Below are positions 56,465-64,000 of a stretch of 64,000 nt of DNA, piece by piece. Source of the DNA: Candidatus Saccharimonadales bacterium (GTDB lineage Bacteria > Patescibacteriota > Saccharimonadia > Saccharimonadales > UBA7683). Made by a program: the position numbers and the translations under genes. A model generated the notes under the pieces. It was not told the DNA's origin. It did not search any database and saw only the letters and a list, made by a program, of their open reading frames with translations. How positions within the stretch are numbered: position 1 is the first letter of the stretch; every line of letters starts with the position of its first letter. The stretch is from assembly GCA_046350615.1 (NCBI GenBank), contig JAXMAA010000003.1:9695-73694 (forward strand), read 5' to 3'.

Positions 56465-58037
56465 AACCGTGAACCACTTCGTCAAGAGATTCTTCTGACT
56501 TATTTGGAAGCCAGATGAAAGCGACCAGTGAAGAGATGGCGATAATAATGGCACCGACAACCAAAGCCCGTCTGAAACCGCTGATCCAAGCCTCTTTTGC
56601 AACACTTAATACCGAAACACGGATAGGCTCTGGCAACATTTCGCTTATCTTTAACGCCCCGGCAAGCGAGCTGGCAGCGATCTCCTTTGCCTGATCGGGC
56701 AAGTTTGCAATTGCTGGCGCAATCTTACTCCCGTACTGCGAGGCTAGTAAGCTACCGAGAACCGCAACTCCAAGACTACCGCCAAGTTCACGCGTTGTGT
56801 CGTTCATAGCTGAGCCCATTCCAGCTCTTGCGCGCGGTACGGCAGACATCATAAGGTCAGTAGTTGGTGACATAGCTGTGGCCATGCCAAGTGCAGCAAT
56901 ACACATAGATGTCACCAGTACAATGTAATTTGGCGAGACACCCATAGTTGCAAGCATGGCCACGCCGACAGACATAATGAGCATTCCTGAGCCAACCACC
57001 ACCTTTTTCCCAAATCGTTCGACAAGCCGTGGTGAAAGTATTGAACCTACAACCATCACCAATGACATGGGCAACATCTTAACCGCTGAGTCGAGCGGCT
57101 GATAACCCCATACAAGCTGCATGAGCTGGCTCATATTGAAGAACATTCCCATCAAGGCAAAGAACACCAGTGAAAGCACCAACGAACTTACCCCAAAAGC
57201 AGCGATTTTGAAAAGCCGAACATCAAGCATTGGGTGCTTAGCCCGCAGCTCCCACCACACAAAGAGTGCCATTATAATAAACCCAAGACCAAACACACCT
57301 AGCGTTTCGGCACCGAGCCAGCCGTGATTTGGAGCCTCAATAATAGCGTAAACAATGCTCGTCAGACCAAATACAGAAAGAATGGACCCAAAAATGTCAA
57401 ACTTTGTTTGACCAGGATCTGATGAGCGAGGCACCAAGAGCGCCCCTGAAACAAGGGCGACGAGAATTAAAGGAATATTAATCAAGAACGCACCATGCCA
57501 TGATCCGTGTTCTAGAATAAAGCCTGTCAAGAGTGGCCCAAACGCCATACCAGCACCACTGATACCGGCCCAAAGAGAAATCGCTCGAGCTCTTTCTTCA
57601 TTCGGGAACACGTTGGTCAAGATTGAAAGTGTCGCCGGCATAATCATAGCTCCGGCGAGGCCCATTAAAGCCCTGGCTGCAATTAGCTGATTGGCAGTAT
57701 CAACACCAAAGGCCGCATATGCCGAAGCTGCTCCAAAAAGCACCAGACCGGTTTGCAAAATACCCTTTCGGCCAAATCTATCCCCGACTGATCCTGCCAA
57801 AAAGAGGAAGCCTGCGAAAACTAAAGAGTAGGAATCAACAAGCCACTGCAGCTGCGTATTGGTGGCGGCCAAATCTTCGCTCAGCCTTGGTAATGCAACA
57901 TTAAGCGTTGTATTACCCACCATAACAATCAGCAGCGACAGGCAGAGCACCCCAAGTATATGCCAACGTCTTTGGTATACTTTTTCGGATTCATGAATCC
58001 GACGTTTAGGCAGTATTTTTTTAATCTTTTCTCTCAT
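56463..58037 (-). CDS. MFS transporter, DHA2 (EmrB/QacA-like, about 14 TM) drug:H+ antiporter
   Basis: 524 aa; GSVGDRFGRK motif A-like loop; overlaps the marR stop. Confidence 0.85.
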   Translation of the reverse strand: MREKIKKILPKRRIHESEKVYQRRWHILGVLCLSLLIVMVGNTTLNVALPRLSEDLAATNTQLQWLVDSYSLVFAGFLFLAGSVGDRFGRKGILQTGLVLFGAASAYAAFGVDTANQLIAARALMGLAGAMIMPATLSILTNVFPNEERARAISLWAGISGAGMAFGPLLTGFILEHGSWHGAFLINIPLILVALVSGALLVPRSSDPGQTKFDIFGSILSVFGLTSIVYAIIEAPNHGWLGAETLGVFGLGFIIMALFVWWELRAKHPMLDVRLFKIAAFGVSSLVLSLVFFALMGMFFNMSQLMQLVWGYQPLDSAVKMLPMSLVMVVGSILSPRLVERFGKKVVVGSGMLIMSVGVAMLATMGVSPNYIVLVTSMCIAALGMATAMSPTTDLMMSAVPRARAGMGSAMNDTTRELGGSLGVAVLGSLLASQYGSKIAPAIANLPDQAKEIAASSLAGALKISEMLPEPIRVSVLSVAKEAWISGFRRALVVGAIIIAISSLVAFIWLPNKSEESLDEVVHG

Positions 58038-58473
58038 TTCTTCCTCCTTGTTCTTGAATTGATTGACTTAATTTTTTGAGCAGACTTGCTAGCGTTTCAA
58101 GCTCCGAATCGCTCAGAGGCGCAAGTATCTGGTTCAGCTTAGTAAGTTTTGCTCTTTTTAATTCCTTTAATGCGGCTTCGCCTTTTTGCGAAAGCTTTAA
58201 TTTTGTAACACGACGATCCCTCTGATCAACCAGCCGCTCAATGTAGCTCGACTGCACTAATGCATCCGCAAGCTGTGTCGCAGCACTTGGTGTCACGCCA
58301 AGAAATCCAGCCAGTTCACTCACAGTAACCTCGTTATTGTGAAAAACACAAAATAGCGCCTCGCCCTGTGCGTGCGGCAGCTTTAATACAGCGTTGTGCT
58401 CACCCCTCACCAAGCCCTTACGAAAGTTGATAAAGCTAAAGACTATCTCATTGATGTTTTCTTCACGTGTCAT
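58021..58473 (-). CDS. MarR-family transcriptional regulator
   Basis: 150 aa winged-helix: VSELAGFLGVTPSAATQLADALVQSSYIERLVDQRDRR. Confidence 0.85.
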   Translation of the reverse strand: MTREENINEIVFSFINFRKGLVRGEHNAVLKLPHAQGEALFCVFHNNEVTVSELAGFLGVTPSAATQLADALVQSSYIERLVDQRDRRVTKLKLSQKGEAALKELKRAKLTKLNQILAPLSDSELETLASLLKKLSQSIQEQGGRNERKD

Positions 58474-58496
58474 AGATTGCCTTAGAATCTTATTAT

Positions 58497-58509
58497 TTTA
58501 GAATCTAAA
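58497..58509. promoter_or_regulatory. candidate MarR operator palindrome
   Basis: TTTAGA-A-TCTAAA perfect palindrome; TTAGAATCT also at 58482-58490; lies in the marR/PCD divergent region. Confidence 0.4.
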
Positions 58510-58563
58510 GAATATTACGCTTGAAAAAACTTGTTGTCAACATGTTTTGTTATACTCTTTATT

Positions 58564-58863
58564 ATGAGGACACCAAAAGGATGGAGCGAAAAAGATGGGG
58601 CGTTAATTTTTGCAGTAAAATGCAAGGATTTTACTCATGCACTCGCATTATTAAACTCAGTTGGTGATATTGCTGAACAGCTGAAGCACCACCCGGATCT
58701 TGGTATTCGAAACTACAATGAAGTTTTTGTCACGACCAAAACTCATGAAACCAACTCAATAACCAGCAAAGATTACGAACTCGCAAACAGAGTTAACAAC
58801 CTGCTTGACTATCATGAAAACAAGAAGAATACTGAAAAGTACGATACCGATTTGAGTGACTAG
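58564..58863 (+). CDS. pterin-4-alpha-carbinolamine dehydratase (PCD/DCoH) family (start at ATG 58564)
   Basis: DFTHALALLNSVGDIAEQLKHHPDLGIRNYNEVFVTTKTHE. Confidence 0.7.
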   Translation: MRTPKGWSEKDGALIFAVKCKDFTHALALLNSVGDIAEQLKHHPDLGIRNYNEVFVTTKTHETNSITSKDYELANRVNNLLDYHENKKNTEKYDTDLSD

Positions 58864-60173
58864 CGTCTGTAGCCTTGTTTATCCAGATCACGTTCGGGAC
58901 GGGTGAGATACTCGAGCACGTTATCTTGCACGTTACCATTATGAACAATCTTTCTTGCACCAAGTGCGCGAGCAATAAACTTTGTTTTATTGAATACCTC
59001 GCGCCAACCGACTGTTCTAGCACCTGCTCTAAATCCTTTTTCAGCTCGAAACACATACACTGCATTCCCGCTCACCGGGTTCTCCGCAACTACATGCTCA
59101 ATAACACCGTGATCTGTATCTTCGGGTAAAATAGCTGCTACATAATCGTGTTCGCCGGAGGTGTCAAGATCAGCGACAGCCAAGTATGCTCTTTGTGGAT
59201 CCCATTGTAGCGCTATTGAAGCGAGCCACTTCAATCTTCCAAGATCAATAAAGCGTCTATCACCATCTTCTGAACCGTAGCTTCCATCTGAGATCTTCTC
59301 CAGGACCTCTGGAGGTAGAATTTCCCACTCGGTCTCCACGACAGGCAAGCTACTGCTATCGGTATTCTGTTTGCGCTGTTGTTCAAACAAAAGAAGGTTG
59401 CCGATTTCCTCATGGAACTGAGTGGAGCTGAATTCACCTGAAAGAATGTAGTCTCTAAGGTCCAGGGCAGCATTAGATACGCCAGTCAATATCCGGCCTT
59501 CGCGAAGAACTTCATTTCCAGGCATAGCCATCATTTTGTCGAATCTTTCATCGAGATTTTCTGAACTCTGTGCTGCGAGTGCATCATATGCCTCGTGCAG
59601 TAACCGCACTTCTCGTCTTCTGCCCAGCTGCACGAAGTAACTAAGATCACTTATCGCCGTCCGAAATACAATGTCTTCATCGGTTTCATTCTTATGCTTT
59701 TTCGGTACTTGTCCGTCTGCCCAGTGCCCTGGCTTTGCGACGCCGGCTATAAACGCAGCGTTGCAAACAGCCCGAAGTTTATCGACTGGATCATTGCTTT
59801 TTATCAGTTCTCTCCGACCATACTTAAGTGCCGTGTAACTAATATCAACAGTTTCTACTTCAGGACGCTTCACACCGTTTTTATCAAATATTTGCTCACC
59901 CCACTTAGATAGCCCCGCATTGTTCGCCACTTTTTGCCGAATAAGCTGCGCAAATTCGGCTCGATCCACGATACTCGCGTTCCACAAGCTAGGCATCACT
60001 TCGCCCTCACTATAAATGGGCATATTCAAGCAACCTACCTGCATCAAATCAAGCAACGCCGATGGTGGCACATCTGGCTCAAGTTCTCGCTCATCATTTG
60101 TAAGTTCAAGAATAAGCTGGTCTAAGCCAGTGGCAAAACTTTGCAACAGCTCGTCGCGAGTAGATATTTCCAT
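58860..60173 (-). CDS. hypothetical 437-aa protein
   Basis: Long intact ORF; TATAAT 7 nt upstream of ATG; no motif recognised. Confidence 0.6.
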   Translation of the reverse strand: MEISTRDELLQSFATGLDQLILELTNDERELEPDVPPSALLDLMQVGCLNMPIYSEGEVMPSLWNASIVDRAEFAQLIRQKVANNAGLSKWGEQIFDKNGVKRPEVETVDISYTALKYGRRELIKSNDPVDKLRAVCNAAFIAGVAKPGHWADGQVPKKHKNETDEDIVFRTAISDLSYFVQLGRRREVRLLHEAYDALAAQSSENLDERFDKMMAMPGNEVLREGRILTGVSNAALDLRDYILSGEFSSTQFHEEIGNLLLFEQQRKQNTDSSSLPVVETEWEILPPEVLEKISDGSYGSEDGDRRFIDLGRLKWLASIALQWDPQRAYLAVADLDTSGEHDYVAAILPEDTDHGVIEHVVAENPVSGNAVYVFRAEKGFRAGARTVGWREVFNKTKFIARALGARKIVHNGNVQDNVLEYLTRPERDLDKQGYRR

Positions 60174-60243
60174 ATTAATTATTATACATCAATATAATCA
60201 CTTAGTCAAGCAGGGTCATCCGAATCTAAGTGCCTCGGATCTG

Positions 60244-61458
60244 TCACTCCCTCGTTAGAATGAAGGTATTTTTGCCTTTTTTGAGTAAGCTTGCTTGGGT
60301 GATTTCTTGGTCTTCGGTAATTTTTTCACCATTAACCGAGACTGCACCTCCTTGAATAAAGCGCCGGGCTTCACCATTACTTATGGCTGCGCCGGTTGCA
60401 ACGAGCGCTTCCATCACCGAACTCTTCTTGGTAACTGGTATCTCTTTTGCGAGTTCTTCAAGGTCGGCACCTGAAAGATCACTGAAACTTGCGGTTCCAA
60501 AAAGTACGTCTGAAACTTTTCTGACGCTCTGAGCCGATCCTTCGCCGTGCACTAATTTGGTTACCTCATACGCTAAGTACTTCTGCGCAGCTCTTCCGGC
60601 TTTGTTGGCCTCAAACTCTTCCGTCAAAGCGTCGAATTCATCAGGTTGAATAAGCGTGTAGATTTTAAGGTAGTCGCCCACTCCTTCGTCATCAACATTC
60701 AACCAGAACTGATAGAACTTGTACGGGCTTGTCTTATTTGGGTCAAGCCATACCGCACCATCTTCAGATTTACCGAACTTCACGCCAGTCGCCTTATTAA
60801 TAACAAGCGGCGTTGACCACACATGCGCTTCTGCACTTTCAACTTTTCGTATTAACTCAACACCGGCGAGACTATTTCCCCATTGATCGGCTCCACATAG
60901 CTGCAAGGTAATGCCAGATTCTCGATACAAGTGCAGAAAATCATAGCCTTGAATAAGTGCATAGCTGAACTCTGCGTAGCTAATGCCAGCACCACCTTCA
61001 CCAATGCGGTTTTTTACAAACTCCCTATCAAGCAGTTGCGTCATAGAGAAGTGTTTGCCGTAATTCCTCAAGAAATCGACAAATTGAATATCCTTAAACC
61101 AGTCATGATTATTGACAATAGTAAATGGCTGACCTGCAAATACCGTTTTATATTGTGCGGATATCCCGGCTACATTTTGAGCAACTAACTCAAGCTCTTT
61201 GAGATCGCGCTCTTGTTTTTTGCCATCAGGATCACCAATTAATCCTGTTGCGCCGCCTATAAGTAGTGTCGCCTTATGTCCGTGATTAATAAAATGGCGC
61301 ACCATCATAGCGGCGGCCAGGTTGCCAACAGTCATACTGTCGGCACTTGGATCCACGCCAAAGTAAAAACTGATTGGAGTTCTGTCAAGCACTGTTACAT
61401 CTTTAAAGGTTGTTTGATTTACAAATCCGCGCCAGGTAAGTTCTTCTGAGAGTGTCAT
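60244..61458 (-). CDS. tyrS: tyrosine--tRNA ligase (start at ATG 61458)
   Basis: GFDPSADSMTVGNL-type N-terminus, KFGKSE (KMSKS variant), C-terminal S4 domain; GAGGAAATT SD. Confidence 0.92.
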   Translation of the reverse strand: MTLSEELTWRGFVNQTTFKDVTVLDRTPISFYFGVDPSADSMTVGNLAAAMMVRHFINHGHKATLLIGGATGLIGDPDGKKQERDLKELELVAQNVAGISAQYKTVFAGQPFTIVNNHDWFKDIQFVDFLRNYGKHFSMTQLLDREFVKNRIGEGGAGISYAEFSYALIQGYDFLHLYRESGITLQLCGADQWGNSLAGVELIRKVESAEAHVWSTPLVINKATGVKFGKSEDGAVWLDPNKTSPYKFYQFWLNVDDEGVGDYLKIYTLIQPDEFDALTEEFEANKAGRAAQKYLAYEVTKLVHGEGSAQSVRKVSDVLFGTASFSDLSGADLEELAKEIPVTKKSSVMEALVATGAAISNGEARRFIQGGAVSVNGEKITEDQEITQASLLKKGKNTFILTRE

Positions 61459-61637
61459 AATTTCCTCTATACATTTAGGTGGTTTAATGATTCTAAAGTT
61501 TAAAAAATTGTGCCCTACAGGGCATATGTTGGATAGCAATAGTTTCTGAGCTGTTTCATCAAAGTCTAGTATACCATCTGTATTTCACTCGCTAAAGTGC
61601 TATACTTTATACCATAAGCATGAGGTACAATTAAGGT

Positions 61638-64000
61638 ATGAAGAAAAACGACAAGAAAGCCGCAGCTGGCTCGATCCGTAAACCATCACACCGAAAGGGT
61701 GCGCACTCGGTCTATAGTAATCTCGCTACGAAAAAACGTGTAAAAGCTGATGCTAAATCACGTAAGAAGGCAGAATTCTTAGCCACCCTACCCAAATCCC
61801 GATTAAAGCGTGCTACCTACCGGTTACATCCAAAACGATTCTTTAAGTACTGGTTCTCTAAGCAGGGTGCAATTATGGCACTGAAGCTGACTGGCCTTGG
61901 GTTGGCCGCAGGGATTATCTTAATCTTAGCTGTCTTTGCTATCTTCCGGAAAGATCTTGCCATTGGTCCGGATGAACTTACTAAGCGTGTCCAGAGTCGC
62001 ACCACCAAATTTTATGATCGTACAGGTCAGGTATTGCTGTATGAGCTCTACAAGGATCAGCAACTCACTTTTGTGAAACCCGATCAGATTAATAACAACA
62101 TGAAGTGGGCCACAGTGGCGATTGAAGATAAGGACTTTTACAAGCACGGCGGTTTTGATATTCGCGGCATTATCCGTTCTGTATGGGTAAATGTAAGTGG
62201 CACCGGAAGGCAGGGCGCTTCTACTATTACACAACAGCTTGCTCGTAACGTTATTCTGGAAGATAACACCCGCTCCGGACTGGCTGGTTATACACGAAAA
62301 TTGAAAGAAATCATTCTTTCGATCGAGCTTGAGCGCACCTATTCAAAAGATGAGATCCTCAATTTCTATCTAAACTCAATCGGCTATGGTGGTACCGCAT
62401 ACGGCGTTGAATCTGCTGCGCAACGCTACTTTGGTACATCGGCAAAAAACCTCAGTATTGAGCAAGCAGCATACATTGCAGCAATACCACAATATCCGAG
62501 CTTATACGATAGAAACAGCCCAAATTTTGATCCTGAAGCCACACTGGCACGACAGCGTACCGTAATTGATTACATGCGCGATCAAGGATACATAAAAAGT
62601 GATCAAGCAAAGGCAGCAAAACAAACAGATATTCTGGCGAGTATTAAGCCACTCTCAAGCGAGCCAACTGCAAAAATAGCGCCTCACTTTATTGATGAGC
62701 TCGTTAAGCAACTCGAAGGAAAGTATGGTGCCGATAATGTGCGAAAAGGTGGTTGGCGCGTTACCACCACACTTGATTGGGATATGCAGCAAATCGCCGA
62801 ACAATCAGTTGCCAATAATATGAATGCCGTTGAAAGACAACATGGTGATAATGCTGCGCTCGTGGCAGTAGATGTGCCTACCAACCAAGTTCTTACATTA
62901 GTTGGTAGTCGTGATTACAAGTACCCGGGTTTTGGCTCATATAACGCTGCAACAGCAAACCTTCAGCCAGGTTCAAGCCTTAAGCCTATTGTTTATAGCA
63001 AGCTCTTTGAAGGCAATCAATATGGGCCGGGCAGTACGCTGGCAGACGATAAGAAGTGTTGGGGGGGCTGGTGTCCTAATAACTTTGATAAAGGTTTTCG
63101 TGGCAGTATATCTATCCGTCAGGCGTTGGCTGAATCAAGAAATATTCCTGCCATTAAGGCCGCAGAAGCCTCCGGTATGGCATCGGTAGTCGATCTTGCT
63201 AAAAACATGGGCGAAACTGACATCGGCTGCGGAGAGAGCTGTGATTCGCTTGGCCTTGCAATTGGTAGTGGTACCGTGCGTCTTGACGAACACACTGCTG
63301 CCTATGCAACGCTCGCACGCGGTGGCGTCTCGAAGCCAGAAACGTACGTTCTGAAGATTGAGAAATCGAATGGAGAGATTGTGCAAGAATGGAAAGACAC
63401 ACCCGGCACGAAAACTATGGGTGAAAAAGGTGAAGAAATTTCATACCTTGTAAGCGACATCCTAGCAGACGACAAAGCCCGCCGAGTGACCTTTGGTAAT
63501 CCTGTCGGTTTTAATCCAAAAGGTGTGAAAGCTGCCGTTAAAACAGGCACTACCGATAATTCTAAAGATGGCTGGATGATGGGTTACTCGCCCAAGCTAG
63601 CTGTTGGTATTTGGGTTGGTCGCTCAGATGGAACGGTTATGAATAGCACCACTCACCTTCAGACAGGGCCGATGTTTGGTGATTTTATGGCACGTGCACA
63701 TGCCGAGGTCATGACCAAACCACAATATGGGTATAAGGCTAACGAGTGGTTCACAAAGCCAGCTGGGATTCAGACTCTAAAAGTTTCCGGTCGCTCAGAC
63801 ATATTCCAATCATGGTATAAGAAACCCCGCGAAACCAATAAAGACTTTGTCATGGATAAGGTCTCACGCAAACTCGCAACCGATTGTACTCCTCCGGCAG
63901 CACGAGAGACTATTCAGGTGATGGCTTCTGTTGATCCTGTTACTAACCAAGAAACCACCGGTACTCCGCCAGAAGGCTGGGACATTAAGAATAGCGATGA
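61638..64000 (+). CDS. class A penicillin-binding protein (GT51 transglycosylase + transpeptidase), 3' end beyond window
   Basis: Not in ORF track (no stop in window). Hand translation: EDKDFYKHGG, GASTITQQL, then SSLK (SxxK), SRN (SxN), KTGT. Confidence 0.88.
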   Translation, partial: MKKNDKKAAAGSIRKPSHRKGAHSVYSNLATKKRVKADAKSRKKAEFLATLPKSRLKRATYRLHPKRFFKYWFSKQGAIMALKLTGLGLAAGIILILAVFAIFRKDLAIGPDELTKRVQSRTTKFYDRTGQVLLYELYKDQQLTFVKPDQINNNMKWATVAIEDKDFYKHGGFDIRGIIRSVWVNVSGTGRQGASTITQQLARNVILEDNTRSGLAGYTRKLKEIILSIELERTYSKDEILNFYLNSIGYGGTAYGVESAAQRYFGTSAKNLSIEQAAYIAAIPQYPSLYDRNSPNFDPEATLARQRTVIDYMRDQGYIKSDQAKAAKQTDILASIKPLSSEPTAKIAPHFIDELVKQLEGKYGADNVRKGGWRVTTTLDWDMQQIAEQSVANNMNAVERQHGDNAALVAVDVPTNQVLTLVGSRDYKYPGFGSYNAATANLQPGSSLKPIVYSKLFEGNQYGPGSTLADDKKCWGGWCPNNFDKGFRGSISIRQALAESRNIPAIKAAEASGMASVVDLAKNMGETDIGCGESCDSLGLAIGSGTVRLDEHTAAYATLARGGVSKPETYVLKIEKSNGEIVQEWKDTPGTKTMGEKGEEISYLVSDILADDKARRVTFGNPVGFNPKGVKAAVKTGTTDNSKDGWMMGYSPKLAVGIWVGRSDGTVMNSTTHLQTGPMFGDFMARAHAEVMTKPQYGYKANEWFTKPAGIQTLKVSGRSDIFQSWYKKPRETNKDFVMDKVSRKLATDCTPPAARETIQVMASVDPVTNQETTGTPPEGWDIKNSD

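Noticed and set aside
1-64000. Alternative genetic code (UGA recoding, as in some CPR lineages)
   Set aside because: All conserved genes read full-length with the standard code, and TGA is used as a stop (for example at the purF fragment and the 101-aa ORF).

Overview
Gene-dense 64-kb stretch of a small bacterial genome that reads cleanly with the standard genetic code. Gene content, tight packing and the absence of ribosomal protein L30 suggest a CPR/Patescibacteria organism, possibly Saccharibacteria-like (inference only; no rRNA in the window). The centre (10.6-41.8 kb, all minus strand) is a translation/transcription super-cluster: rpoB-rpoC-rpsL-rpsG-fusA-tuf-rpsJ // rplC-rplD-rplW-rplB-rpsS-rplV-rpsC-rplP-rpmC-rpsQ-rplN-rplX-rplE-rpsN-rpsH-rplF-rplR-rpsE-rplO-secY-infA-rpmJ-rpsM-rpsK-rpsD-rpoA-rplQ-rplM-rpsI. 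This array is interrupted at six junctions by non-ribosomal ORFs. One interruption is an IS200/IS605-type tnpA with flanking hairpins that splits rpsJ from rplC. adk, map and rpmD are missing from their usual places. Left flank: partial IS4-family transposase abutting a truncated purF, tRNA-Thr and tRNA-Tyr with a repeat-filled spacer, holB, rluD, trpS, an M20 peptidase and orphan ORFs. Right flank: clpP preceded by a perfect CIRCE operator, tig, hisS, an AstE/AspA-like hydrolase, a PyrE-like PRTase, two zinc-ribbon membrane proteins, tRNA-Leu, rsmD, Nudix, recG, MarR plus MFS exporter, PCD, tyrS and a class A PBP running off the window. Main hunt results: (1) small unknown ORFs translationally wedged into the str/S10/spc operons; (2) a four-member family of about 80-95 aa coiled-coil proteins scattered among housekeeping genes; (3) an extended -10 box 6-8 nt upstream of 13 start codons, implying leaderless mRNAs; (4) CIRCE on clpP. 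No CRISPR array, rRNA or recognisable defence system was seen.
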